From: Owenia fusiformis
Taxonomy: Eukaryota
DNA: 64,000 nucleotides
Reading direction: 5' to 3'
NCBI GenBank assembly: GCA_903813345.2
Contig: CAIIXF020000001.1
Coordinates: 7,316,001 to 7,380,000, forward strand
The notes under the pieces are model-generated. The model worked only from the letters and a program-made list of their open reading frames with translations. It was not told where the DNA came from and did no database searches. The position numbers and the translations under genes were made by a program. Below, one piece after another: positions 20,222 through 32,369 of this stretch; position 1 is the stretch's first letter, and each line of letters starts with the position of its first letter.

Positions 20222-22528
20222 ATATATAGAGATTATCCTATATGAGGTTCAGGATATTGGGATTATCCCGAGGCCAATATAATATATCTGCCCGAGGGCC
20301 GCAGGTCCCGTGGGAAGATATACGAGGGGTGATCAATAAGTAATGGACGCTTTTTTACACAGATGCTTTTTATAGACCAATCCCTTCGATTTTCTTACCA
20401 GTGATACATCATTCAATTATCTATCAACTCTGAAGATTTGAAAACAAAAAATGTAATATCTTTTGATATATCTTTATTTCCGTGTAGGATGTATAGGTAC
20501 CCCGGGACCGACATTTACGTCAAACATTCTGAAGCTATTTTAGCTTGTTTAACATGCACTGCAGTTGAATGCAGGCTGAACAAAACAAACCATTTTGATC
20601 ATGAATTACCCAATTTTGTTATGCCATAGTTCATTTTGAATATTTTATCATCACTATGTGGTATTCATGCCACATTCATTCCACAGGGCCCTCTACATAG
20701 GTTCCATCAAGTGCTACATGTACACAATTCCTCATCCTCTTAATTCAAGATTGTGAGAAAAGGCTGAATCCATTCTCCGACATGGTAGCAAGATGTAGTT
20801 GCACGGGTTGTTTTATTTCATTAATATCAATAAACATGCATCCTTTCTCTATAGAAATAAGTAGTATAGAAATAAATAAGTCACACGTGAGCAGATCTGG
20901 ACAAAATGGTGCATTGGCCAAGGGCTCAATTTTGAGGTCCAGGGATATTGTTTTCTGAACATTTTGAGATCTGTGGGCAGGTGCATTGTCCATATGGAGT
21001 AGGGTGTACCCTACCACCCCTTTCTTCAACAATGCTTTCTCAAATTGACCTGCAAACCCCTTCCAAACAACACTCTGACATCACAATACTTTCTGTTTAT
21101 GTGTTGACCAGTCAGCAAAGTATTTCAAACAACACAACACATGTTGCATATGAAAAGTTTAAATCTTACTGAAATTTTCCAAACTGGCTGAAAACTGAAT
21201 ATGTAACGTAAATGTCGGTCCCGGGGTACCTGTACCTCCTTCACGGAAATAAAGATATATCAACATGTATTTTATATTTTGTCTTCAAATCCTCAGAAAT
21301 GATAGTTAATTGAATGATGTATCACTGGTAGGAAAACCAAAGGGGCTGGTCTATAAAAAGTATCTGTGTAAAAAAGCGTCCATTACTTATTGATCACCCC
21401 TCGTATTATATTGGCCAAGATAATATGTTTATCCCATACTAATCTTGGTCATCTGGTTCACATTGTTCAACTGTGGAAATATTTTAGAATATTCATGTCC
21501 AGTTTTGTTTTCTTGGCCGTGATATTCCCATTTATTTTCCCGAATTTTTGATTGATTAAGTGGATGCACCTTCCCTTTTTTAAATCATCAAACAGATCCT
21601 GATTGTCTGTGTTTTCTCCATTGTCGTTTACAGCCATTACACGAACGTTACAAATTATGAACAAATGTGCGAGCGGCGATTATAACGTAGCGGGTAATCA
21701 ATCAAAAATTCGAGAAAATAGATGTGGGAATATTTGAAAGAACAGGAAAATCCACCCACGGCCAAGAAAACAAAACTGGACATGAATATTCTAAATATTT
21801 CCACGATTGAACAATGTGAACCAGATGACCAAGTTTGGTATGGGATAATCATATTATCCTATAGTCGGTTCAGGATATTGGGATTATCCTTGGCCAATAT
21901 AATATTTTCCCTCTAGAGCTAGCTGCGGCCCTCGGACAGATATATTATATTGGCCTCGGGATAATCCCAATATCCTGAACCGACTATAGGATAATATGTT
22001 TATCCCATACTAATCTTGGTCATCTGGTTCACATTGTTCAACTGTGGAAATATTTTAGAATATTCATGTCCAGTTTTGTTTTCTTGGCCGTGATATTCCC
22101 ACATTTATTTTCTCTAATTTTTTATTGATTAAGTGGATGCACCTTCCCTTTTTTAAATCATCAAACAGATCCTGATTGTCTGTGTTTTCTCCATTGTCGT
22201 TTACAGCCATTGCACGAACGTAACAAATTATGAACAGATGTGCGAGCGGCGATTATAACGTAGCGGGCAGATATACTATATCACTATATAAACTGGACAT
22301 GAATATTCTAAATATTTCCACGATTGAACAATGTGATCGAACCAGATGACCAAGATTGGTATGGGATAAACATATTATCCTATAGTCGGTTCAGGATATT
22401 GGGATTATCCTTGGCCAATATAATATATTTTCCCTCTGGAGCTAGCTGCGGCCCTCGGACAGATATATTATATTTACCTCGGGATAATCCCAATATCCTG
22501 AACCTCATATAGGATAATCTCTATATAT
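20222..22528. mobile_element. Palindromic, internally duplicated non-autonomous element (possibly Crypton-derived)
   Basis: Perfect 52-bp inverted termini ATATATAGAGATTATCCTATATGAGGTTCAGGATATTGGGATTATCCCGAGG (20222-20273 / 22477-22528); internal ~572 bp duplication (from 21421 and 21993); a further partial copy ends at ~23050. Confidence 0.65.
20323..21403 (-). mobile_element. Deleted mariner element with DD34D-type transposase remnant
   Basis: TA|CGAGGGGTGATCAATAAGTAATGGACGC ... GCGTCCATTACTTATTGATCACCCCTCG|TA; TIRs ~200 bp; ORF 21032-20745 LLHMDNAPAH...APFCPDLLTCDLF matches the mariner HDNAPAH...PPYSPDLAPCDF motifs. Confidence 0.9.
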
Positions 22529-25500
22529 GTCACGCTCCTCCAAGATATCAACTCTTTATCCCATACTTGGACGTGTTACGGGTACATAAAGCCGGTTTGT
22601 AAAAACTTATATTTTCATCAGCGGGCAGATATGGCTTTACGTCCCACTCCGAGCAGTCAGATATAGTATATCTGCCCGCTACGTCATAATCACTGTTCCC
22701 GTATTGGTTCCTTTTTGTAACGTTCGCATACTGTAAACCACAATGGAGAAAAACGCAGACAATTGCGATCTGTTTGATGCGTTAAAGAAGGGAAGGAGCA
22801 GTATACTCCATTAATAATCAAAGATTTGAACAGGAAAAGAAACAAGAATACAAAACTGGACATTTTAAAATAATTCTACGGTTGGTTGCAAAGTTTCTGA
22901 ACTTTGGCCAATTGAACAATGTGATTGGTATGGGATAAACAAATCATCCTATAGTCGGTTCAGGATATTTGGATTATCCCTTGGCCAATATAATATATCT
23001 GCCAGAGGGCCGTAATATCCTGAACCTCACATAGGATAATCTCTATATATCCCGATGTTTTCAAGTATGGTATTTTCAAGATATGATCTGATATGACTTG
23101 CAGAAATAAATAGGAAGTAATCGTTTAGTTGATTGAATCATTGAAGTAGTGAAGTCAAAGATTTAATGAATTAGAGCAAATGTTTTTCATTTGAACAGGT
23201 GATTCATCAAATGACAACTGAAGATTAACTTAAAATAGATTGTCTATCTATATATTTATATGCATGAGAGACATGTTATAATGTTAGTGAACTGATGATT
23301 ATGATAATTTCACCTGTTCACATCCAGTTCCTGTCATGATTGAAAACTGACCGGAGTAATTCTCTTCAAATTATTTACCCATTATGAACAGAAATTTAAT
23401 ATTTCAATCACTTAGAAGGCGCAAATAAATGCCAATTTGACTTTCAATAAAAATCCGTGAATGATTTACTGATTACTTGCACATTTGAAGAGGTAAAACT
23501 TACAGCAATCAAACGAGGATTTACATGTAAACTCAATTGCATTTGTTTTTCGCAGGAAAAAGTTTCTCTCATTGACGTCACAGATTTCTAAGCAGCTCAT
23601 TATAATATTCATTAGCTGACTTTGTGGAAAGGCGAATAACATTGTAACAAAAAAGTACAATTGTAAATCTAAGATTTATGTATTTAACAATTGTCTTCAA
23701 ATATCAAGGTAAAATAACCAAAATGTTATCTGAGTAGTATTACTCCAGTATATTGCATGTTTAAGTTATCTAATATTTATGAGCATTTTAAAACCTATTT
23801 TTTGGCATACAGCATCAATCAATTTGTACAGACTTTTATTCTTCTGTTTGGGTATGAGCTGCTAGTTCATAATGAAGGTGTTATATTTTTTTCTCTATCT
23901 GATCTAATACTGGCCACATGAGCACACCAGGTAGATATCAGTTACACAAACTTTAGAGCAACGTGGGGGGGGGGATCGCGATCGCCAAATTTTTGCTATA
24001 AGCTAGAAGCTTCCAACAAAATGCATTTTAAAGCTCTTATTTTTATTGGTCATCGCCCCTACCTCCTGACTACGCTTATGATAGGTATATAGGTCAAAAA
24101 TGGTAAGCGGCAATGGTCATAGTATGTCTAAAAATATAACTGATTCCAATGTAGATATTTTATACTCCATATTTCATTATAGAAATTTTAACTTTACTCC
24201 AGACTTAACAGAACTTTAACTTTTAAGAACTCTTTAAAATTGTCTTTGAATTATACATCGAATCAGCCTGAAACCTATCTTCTAGAGGAAAACAGTTAAT
24301 CCAGTCAAGACTACAGTAATGAGACAAACCCATAACTTACATAACTTAAATAATCTGTCTCCAGATTGGAAAAGAATTATACAGTTATATGAAGCACTAT
24401 AAAGCTGATAAGCTGTTAGTTATCCAAACATATGTGTCTACTTAAGATGGATCATTTTATGTCTTATCTTGATACTGATTTTAAATAGAGAGTCAATTTC
24501 AGAAGCTTTCAGTCTAATGTATTTCAATGTTTTATGAATTCTCTACCTTTTCAATATATTGAAGCAAAATTAGAAAAAAAGTAAAACAAAACCCCCCAAA
24601 AATAGATAAAAATCAACCAAAATTTCCTTTGTAGAGAGACTTAAACATGTTGTGTATGAGTCGTTTTGTTCAAAACAGGTTCGGAAAGATGTTTCATTTC
24701 ATTCTGAGCATATGAAACCAGAAGCAAAAGAAATGTTTGATGTGTTTTCTAAAACAATATAGAGAAAAGTATATACATTTTTTCAAATTATATTGTTACC
24801 ATTCAAAAGATGACCATTAAATTGACAATATGTAATTTTTAGAAATTTTTGATGACTGATTTAAGAGAAAAGAGTGTTCAAAAAGTTCACCATATCAATA
24901 CCAATACTTTACAGGTTCTCCTAAATATCCAGGATGTCAACTCTTCAGTCCATATGGAAAGGTTAAACTTGTGACTAGGATAACAAAAAGGTCAATCTTT
25001 CTATTTTCACATATTTTGTTATATATCAGATAGACATTGAAGTTCTGCCTAAATAAAATCTGGCTGTTCTTGGATTTTAAAGTGTTATGTAAAGATGATA
25101 ACTTAATGACTATTAGATGACTCTTCCACCTACACCAGTCCAGTCTATACCATTAAACATGTAATAAGAGAAGTTAATATACAGGGTGGTCCAAACAAGT
25201 GAACCCCTGCAACAGGCTATATTTTCCTTAATACTTGCATGAATAGACTCATATTATCACATGTTGTAGAAAAAGGTCTAAAACTTTGGTAGCTGCCATA
25301 ATCTATTCTCTGTCTTAAATTTTGAAGAAATCACAGCTAAATGAGGTTTTATATAGGATTCATCCTCAGTGTATATTGCTATCAACTCAAAAGAGAATGG
25401 ATCAAGATGAATCTTGAATGATTAAAAACTTTAAAATAGTTTATGTACTTTAACATAGAGATCTCGAAATGGGAACTGGGGACTGGGGACCAGCTTAGAA

Positions 25501-26097
25501 GATACATACAAATACAAATATACACAAACATAGATATCTCAAACTGGGAACTGGGGACTGGGGACCTTCTTAAAAGATACATACAGATACATACATACAT
25601 ATTATATATAGCATATAGATATCTCAAACTGGGAACCGGGGACTGGGGACCAGCTAAGAAGATACATACAAATACATACATATTATATATAACAATATAG
25701 ATATCTCAAACTGGGAATTGGGGACTGGGGACCTTCTTAAAAGATACATACAAATACATACATATTATATATAGCAATATCTCAAACTGGGAACTGGGGA
25801 CTGGGGACCTTCTTAAAAGATACATACAAATACATACATATTATATATAACAATATAGATATCTCAAACTGGGAACTGGGGACTGGGGACCAGCTTAGAA
25901 GATATATACAAATACATACATATATAACATGTATACAATACACACATATCTCATAAATTAAAGCATATTCATAGATATCTCAATGTAGGATATTCATGAA
26001 TTATTGTTATTTAATTAACATATTCTCTGCCAACTAATAAATTAATTGTTATGTATCTAGTCTATCTAATTAACATATTCCATGCTTGTATATATAT

Positions 26098-28496
26098 TGT
26101 GGGAAAATTTCATTTTTATATTGAGCCTTTTAAATTTTCCCATCTGTGCAGTTAGGGAAAGCCCTGTTTACTAGAGGGAATTCCAGGGTATTCCAACACA
26201 GGAAGGGGAATCCCCTCAATTGCTGCAATGCAGTGCCCCTGATTTCAAAATGTGGTCACCTGTGCCTGTATGACTCATGCCATCACGAGATGAGAACGAA
26301 GGTCGCCATCTTGAAGGAAGCAGCGTGAATCAAAGGTTGGGAGGAAATCCACATTTATCACACTTTAGAGTAGCCATCTGCCAAGGATTCGGGATTAATA
26401 ACGAATGATAAAGCGGGAAGACGCACCAGGAGGTTCTTGAAGGAGAAACAACAGAGAAAACCTGAATTTTTGGCAACTTAGAGAAAGAAGCATTTATTCG
26501 GGTGAGGTTTTTCCTTTTTGTAATTTGATTTTATGGCCAGCATGCTACTAGGTGCCTCTGACTGACTATAATTTTTAATTTCATGTGTACCAGAATTTGT
26601 AACTTTATGGCCAGCATGCTACTGGGATGCCTCTGACTGACTGTAGTTATAATTCAACGGGTATTGAGATTTATCGTGCGTCGCCATTTTGTGTCCCAGA
26701 CTTGCTAAAGTGAGATATTTGTCAGATTTAATGTAAAACAACACTGTGTCATTAATTGCCTAAAGTGTTGTCAAGAATTCTTCACAGTTCAGTGCTGTCC
26801 TAGGGGAAGCAGCAAGGAACAACCTGGAAGCAGCCTTGCATTATCGTTAGGTGAAATTGGGAAACTTCCCAAAACGGCGAACTAATTTTGTCAGTTGGTT
26901 TCACCGCTGACAGAAATAGTTCCAGGAAGACTTCCATCGCATCGGGCAGTGAGGAGCCTTCCCAGAAAACTCAAGAGCCATAGAGGCAGAGCAAGGCTAA
27001 AGAGCCAGAAGAGTCAAGTCAAGAGACAGCGTGAGCTTATTTTGTCAGTTGGTTTCACCGCTGACAGAAATAGTCCCAGGAAGACTTCAATCGCATCGGG
27101 CAGTGAGGAGCCTTCCCAGAAAACTCAAGAGCCATAGAGGCAGAGCAAGGCTAAAGAGCCAGAAGAGTCAAGTCAAGAGACAGCGTGAGATTATTTTGTC
27201 AGTTGGTTTCACCGCTGACAGAAATAGTCCCAGGAAGACTTCAATCGCATCGGGCAGTGAGGAGCCTTCCCAGAAAACTCAAGAGCCATAGAGGCAGAGC
27301 AAGGCTAAAGAGCCAGAAGAGTCAAGTCAAGAGACAGTGTGAGCTAATTTTGTCAGCTGGTTTCACCGCTGACAGAAATAGTTCCAGGAAGACTTCCATC
27401 GCATCGGGCAGTGAGGAGCCTTCCCAGAAAACTCAAGAGCCATAGAGGCAGAGCAAGGCTAAAGAGCCAGAAGAGTCAAGTCAAGAGTCACAGTGAACTA
27501 TTTTGTCAGTTGGTTTCACCGCTGACATAAATAGTTCCAGGAAGACTTCTAGAGCAACGAGCAGCTAGGAGCCTTCCCAGTAAGAAGAGGAACTAAGCTC
27601 AAGGGCCAGAGGAGCCAGGCTAAAGAGCTGAACGAGGAGCCAGAGGAGCCACGTTCGGGAGCCAGAGGAGCCAAGCTCAAGAGCCAGAGGGGCCGGGCTA
27701 AGGAGCCAAAGAGCTGGACGAGGAGCCAGAGGAGCCAAGTCCAGGAGCTAAAGGAGCCAAGCTCAAGAGCCAGAGGAGCCAGGCTAAAGAGCCAAAGAGC
27801 TGAACGAGGACCCAGAGGAGCCAAGTTCAGGAGCTCAAGGAGCCAAGCTTAGGAGCCAGAGGAGCCAGGCTAAGGAGCTAGAGGAGCCAGGCTAAAGAGC
27901 CAAAGAGCTGGACGAGGAGCCAGGCTAAGAGCCGAAGAGGAGCCAGAGGAGCCAGGCTAGGAGCCGAAGAGCCAAGTCCAGGAGCTAAAGGAGCCAAGCT
28001 CAAGAGCCAGAGGAGCCAGGCTAAGAGCCGAGGAGCCAGAGGAGCCAAGCTCAAGAGCCAGAGGAGCCAGGCTAGGAGCCGAAGAGCTGAACGAGGAGCC
28101 CGAGGAGCCAAGTTCAGGAGCCAGAGGAGCCAAGCTAAAGAGCCAAAGAGCTGGACGAAGAGCCAGAGGAGCCACGTTCAGGAGCCAGAGGAACCAAGTT
28201 CAAGAGCCAGAGGAGCCAGGCTACAGAGCCCAGGGAGCCAAGCAAAGAGCTAATAACGCAGCAACCGCCGACATCCATCCTACAAAGAGAATTATAGTGA
28301 CATTTTAGTTTATGAACATTAAAGTGTTATTTTCATGTGTTAATAGTTGTGTTAGAAATATATGTATTAAATTGGAAGCCATTTGTGACTGTCGTTTTAT
28401 CCAGTCCACCAAACCAGGACTGGGCCCACAGAGAAGTGTAAGGTGAAAAAGTTACTCATCGCTTCCAGACTATCAGCAAAAGTCTGGAACGCGACA
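26098..28496 (+). repeat. 5' LTR (2399 bp)
   Basis: Starts TGTGGGAAAA, ends GAACGCGACA; repeated at a constant offset of 6272. Confidence 0.95.
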
Positions 28497-28497
28497 T

Positions 28498-28515
28498 TGG
28501 TGTCAGAAGTGGGAT
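28498..28515 (+). promoter_or_regulatory. Primer binding site, tRNA-Leu
   Basis: TGGTGTCAGAAGTGGGAT, 1 nt after the 5' LTR, is complementary to the ...ATCCCACTTCTGACACCA 3' end of eukaryotic tRNA-Leu (CAA/CAG types). Confidence 0.85.
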
Positions 28516-28542
28516 AAGTAAAACGATAGTACCGAGCACAAT

Positions 28543-31500
28543 ATGGCAACATCAGACACAGATACAAGCCGAGCTATGGAGAGCAAGCTCCAAACAGATA
28601 GAGACATGGAGATGGACCTCCAATTAGATGGTGAAAAGACGGTGTTCTTCAAAGGACAACCAGGAGGTGATGACATGGTATTGGATGACACCATTCCTGT
28701 GGAAGATATGCCGTCACCAAACAGGCCAAAGAGGGCATTTCCGCTGCAGAGTACCGGATACTGGTCAGGAACAGAGCAGCGGGTGCTACCAAACTACGCG
28801 ACTCCACCAAGAGGAGCCCATGGTATTAATCAGCCAAGAACTTCTACTGAGGAGGTTCCAGTCAGCCGGATGAGTGAAGAATTGTTCACACTGCAGAGGG
28901 AGCTGGTGTCACAGCAGCTCCAAACAACTTTGCTGACGAGCAGTGTGAAAGAGCAGGGAGAATGTGTACATGAACTGAGGAGGGAGCAACAGACGTTAAG
29001 GGGAGACTTGAGCCAAGGCCTTAACACGTTTCAAAAGGATCTCTCCCTTGGGCTGAGTTCAGTGCATGGAGCCCTGCAATCCATTGCCCAGACTATAGAG
29101 CAGTCAAGATCCCCACCAGAGGAGATAAAGAGGACACATATTCGGGGGAGCAGTGTTAACCCAATGGCGAAGGAGTGGCAGGTATACCAGGATCCCAGCA
29201 CAGAGCACCAACTTAAGTCACGTTCAAGTTACAGAGGAATAAGTCCCCGTGAGTGTGGGCAAACGCAGTCAGAAGCTAACTTTCATAGAGAAGACACACC
29301 AATGATGTTTGAGCCAGTCCCCGGGGAGGCGGGAGGTTGGCTGCCTCCATATTTGGTTCAAGAGAGACGGGTAAAGCAGGAACAGGAAACTGCCTCTCAG
29401 CAAGATGACCCAGTACGCTCCACTTGGGAGAGGAGAACCACATATGGAGAGCCTCCACTACCTCCTCCTGGAATGAGATATCAAGCTCATCCGATGGAGG
29501 ATAGGTCACATCTGGAAGGGGGGAGTAATTGCTCTATAAAAGGAATGCAGAGAAATCCAGATCCCATGTTGTCATACGTTGAGGTTAGCAAAGAGTCGGG
29601 TGGTGCTGTGCCGAAACTTACTTCTTCGAGTAGAAGAGCAGAGAAAACAGCGGTGAAAGAAAGTCCTCAGCCAAGGTACAGACCTGAGTTGAAACAGGCC
29701 ACAATGATGGCGAACCCACACCTGGAACTACCATCTCGCAGTTCCCATAATGAGACAGCCCGAGTTACTCCAGAAGAGACAGCAACGGGAGCCACGGGGC
29801 AAGAACAAGACTGTGAGCCTGATGTGTCTCCAGGTAAGAAGAGTCGGAATAAAGAAGCTTCAAATGCCTCTGATACTTCGGCGCTAGATTCTGTTCTGCA
29901 AATGGCTCAGAAAGCTATCGAAATTTGTGGAAAGGCAGTCGAATCGTCAAATACCGGGAGAAATACAAGGATAAAGCCTACACAAACGTTCGATGGATCG
30001 AATCCCTGGCCAGATTACAAAGCATATTTTCAGACGTGTGTGGCAAATAATAACTGGACGGACAAAGAGAAGGCTCAGTATTTGGCCACCAACTTAAGAG
30101 GGGATGCCCAGCAGATTGTCCTGGAATTAGAGAGGGGCTACTCTTTTGAAGACCTACTGGAAGCCTTGGAGAAGAGGTTCGGCCCAGGCGGTAAGGCAGA
30201 TGTGTATGAGGCTGAGCTGTGCAGTCGAAAAAGAAAGCCCCGAGAATCTTTGCAAAGTCTAGGGCAACACATACGACGACTGACCTCCATGGCATACCCG
30301 GAAATGAGCCGGGATGTTCAAGATAGGCTCGCTCGCAGAAGCTTTGAACAAGCAATCCCAGATGAGGAGCTAAGGCGGGCCATACACAGTAAGGAGCCAT
30401 CCACACTAGACAAGAGCATTGAAATTGCTCTTAGAGAGGAGAGCTATCAAGAGTCTGAGAGAATAAGACAAGGGCTCAAAGGGAGGACTAAGGAGCAAAG
30501 AATCTCGACAGTGGAAGAAGACTCATCTGAATTTACCAAGCTGTTACATGGATTAAAAAGGGAATTGCTGACGGAAATAAAGAATCTTCAAAACAAGGAG
30601 GAGAGCCCCAAACCCCAGGGAAAGGCGGGAACGAGATATCCCTGCAAGAGCTGTGGGGAACGGGGACATTCAATGACCTCTTGCTCACAAACCAGGTGTT
30701 ACAACTGTGATGGGCTAGGTCATATTGCTTCCTCTTGTCCCGAGCCTCGGCGACACAGTAATGATTCAAGATTCAGCAACACCAGCCCTATTAGGTTTTT
30801 GTTCAATAACAATGTTGAGTTTCAGCCTGGTAGTAAGCGAGCAGTGCAGAAAATTCTTGCAGATGCAAAGTTTTGTGGAACTTCCATGCAGTTCCTCATT
30901 GATTCTGGGTCCATGCAGAACATGATCAGCATAGAAAGCTACCAGAAGATACCTCTTTGTCGACGACCCAGTTTGAAGCCTCCGTCTCAAGTATTTGTAC
31001 AAGCCGATGGATCTCCCCTTTCCATGTATGGTGAGATTACTGGAGAGATAAAGATAGAAGGGAGAACAACATTGACTACAGCTGTGGTAGCTGATATTGC
31101 TCAAGCTGGTATTCTTGGAGTAGAATACATGTCAACCAGTGGAGCTGTAATAAACTTCAACAAGTTGGAGATGTATTTTGATGACGGGGAAATGACAGAG
31201 CAACACCATGTGCAAGATGAGCAGACTCAAAGAACGAATATGACATCATTGAATGCCCTGAAGAAGCAGAAACAGCCATCCTCTGACCGAGCATTATTAC
31301 CACTACCCATGCGAAGATCTAAGAAAAACAAAAGGCGAGTTACATTTACCGAGGTTCTAAAGCAGAATAAGAAGACAACCTTTGATAAGAATGTTGATGC
31401 TGAGGATAGTGACCTGGAAGAAGAGAAAGCCGAACAACCAAGAGTTATGGCCAGTGATCGACACAAGGAAGAAAATTCTACTGGGTCTCATGCACCATAC

Positions 31501-32265
31501 CCATTTGCCCCTCGGGTTTGTCAACTAATGGCAGACGAGAACATTCCACCTTATTCAAGTAAGCTGTTAAAGGTCCACATTGCTCCTACAGAGGAGGCAA
31601 GTCAGATGGGGATCATCGAATCGGTGTTACCAGATGCTCTAGAATCTGATGAAGTGGTAGTAGTTACTTCCCTGACTGAGGCACGAGATGGGATTGCTCC
31701 AATCAAGCTGAGGAATTGTTCTGCGCATTCAGTTAGATTGGAGATGGGCACAATACTTGGTGTGTTTAGCTCAGTGGAGAATCTAGTGTCTCATTTAGAA
31801 GAGCCCCCAGAAGCAGTAAATCGAATCTCAGAGAAGAGAGAGCCAGTGGACAAAGAGCCGATGGCAGGACGGTTGAAAGATTGTCCACTGATAGAAGAAC
31901 AGGGGGAAAGAAATCCAGCCCTGTCAACTAAGCCCAGAAAAAGGAGGGGGAAGCATTCGAGGTCACAATTCAGGCCAAGGACCTGTGAGAGAAACAAACC
32001 TGCAAACGAGTATGCCAGAAAGAGGATTCTGCACAGGGAGGGTTATCTCAGGAGCTCCTCACACCAGTGGTACTATCCAGCTAAGAGCTCCCCTTGTAAG
32101 AGGAACTATCCTTCTAAGAATTCATCGTACAAGGAGCATCCTCCAAAGAGCTCAATGCATCAGAAAACAAGTCCAATTGGTGCCCCTCCATGGAGCATAC
32201 CTAAGTCAGCGAGCAAACATCAGAAAGACCAAGAGCCTTGGAGAGCTGATAAGCTTTTCCTTTAA
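28543..32265 (+). CDS. gag: Retrotransposon Gag-protease polyprotein, 1240 aa
   Basis: Capsid-type TFDGSNPWPDYKAYF...WTDKEKAQYLATNLRGDA; two CCHC knuckles (CKSCGERGHSMTSC, CYNCDGLGHIASSC); aspartic protease FLIDSGS...ILGVEY; no YxDD RT, RNase H or integrase motifs. Confidence 0.9.
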   Translation: MATSDTDTSRAMESKLQTDRDMEMDLQLDGEKTVFFKGQPGGDDMVLDDTIPVEDMPSPNRPKRAFPLQSTGYWSGTEQRVLPNYATPPRGAHGINQPRTSTEEVPVSRMSEELFTLQRELVSQQLQTTLLTSSVKEQGECVHELRREQQTLRGDLSQGLNTFQKDLSLGLSSVHGALQSIAQTIEQSRSPPEEIKRTHIRGSSVNPMAKEWQVYQDPSTEHQLKSRSSYRGISPRECGQTQSEANFHREDTPMMFEPVPGEAGGWLPPYLVQERRVKQEQETASQQDDPVRSTWERRTTYGEPPLPPPGMRYQAHPMEDRSHLEGGSNCSIKGMQRNPDPMLSYVEVSKESGGAVPKLTSSSRRAEKTAVKESPQPRYRPELKQATMMANPHLELPSRSSHNETARVTPEETATGATGQEQDCEPDVSPGKKSRNKEASNASDTSALDSVLQMAQKAIEICGKAVESSNTGRNTRIKPTQTFDGSNPWPDYKAYFQTCVANNNWTDKEKAQYLATNLRGDAQQIVLELERGYSFEDLLEALEKRFGPGGKADVYEAELCSRKRKPRESLQSLGQHIRRLTSMAYPEMSRDVQDRLARRSFEQAIPDEELRRAIHSKEPSTLDKSIEIALREESYQESERIRQGLKGRTKEQRISTVEEDSSEFTKLLHGLKRELLTEIKNLQNKEESPKPQGKAGTRYPCKSCGERGHSMTSCSQTRCYNCDGLGHIASSCPEPRRHSNDSRFSNTSPIRFLFNNNVEFQPGSKRAVQKILADAKFCGTSMQFLIDSGSMQNMISIESYQKIPLCRRPSLKPPSQVFVQADGSPLSMYGEITGEIKIEGRTTLTTAVVADIAQAGILGVEYMSTSGAVINFNKLEMYFDDGEMTEQHHVQDEQTQRTNMTSLNALKKQKQPSSDRALLPLPMRRSKKNKRRVTFTEVLKQNKKTTFDKNVDAEDSDLEEEKAEQPRVMASDRHKEENSTGSHAPYPFAPRVCQLMADENIPPYSSKLLKVHIAPTEEASQMGIIESVLPDALESDEVVVVTSLTEARDGIAPIKLRNCSAHSVRLEMGTILGVFSSVENLVSHLEEPPEAVNRISEKREPVDKEPMAGRLKDCPLIEEQGERNPALSTKPRKRRGKHSRSQFRPRTCERNKPANEYARKRILHREGYLRSSSHQWYYPAKSSPCKRNYPSKNSSYKEHPPKSSMHQKTSPIGAPPWSIPKSASKHQKDQEPWRADKLFL

Positions 32266-32357
32266 AGAAGGCACCAGGAGTCAGAGAGTGAAGACAGTTA
32301 TAGTACATTTGTTTTTATAGTTTGCATATTTTTTTTATGTGAGGGCACATAAAAGCT

Positions 32358-32367
32358 AGAAGGGGGG
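32358..32367 (+). promoter_or_regulatory. Polypurine tract
   Basis: AGAAGGGGGG, two nt before the 3' LTR. Confidence 0.8.
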
Positions 32368-32369
32368 TA

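Noticed and set aside
23050-25450. Possible captured host exons inside the inner fold-back (e.g. ttacag|gttctcc near 24914)
   Set aside because: No recognisable protein or consistent exon chain by eye; needs BLASTx.
26880-27549. Regularly spaced hairpin repeats reminiscent of a CRISPR array
   Set aside because: The intervening sequences are identical rather than unique spacers, the context is a eukaryotic LTR, and no cas genes are present.
27549-28175. Leu/Ala/Pro-rich antisense ORFs in the LTRs (possible env or antisense protein)
   Set aside because: Short, non-ATG, frame-broken products of the GAGCCA array.
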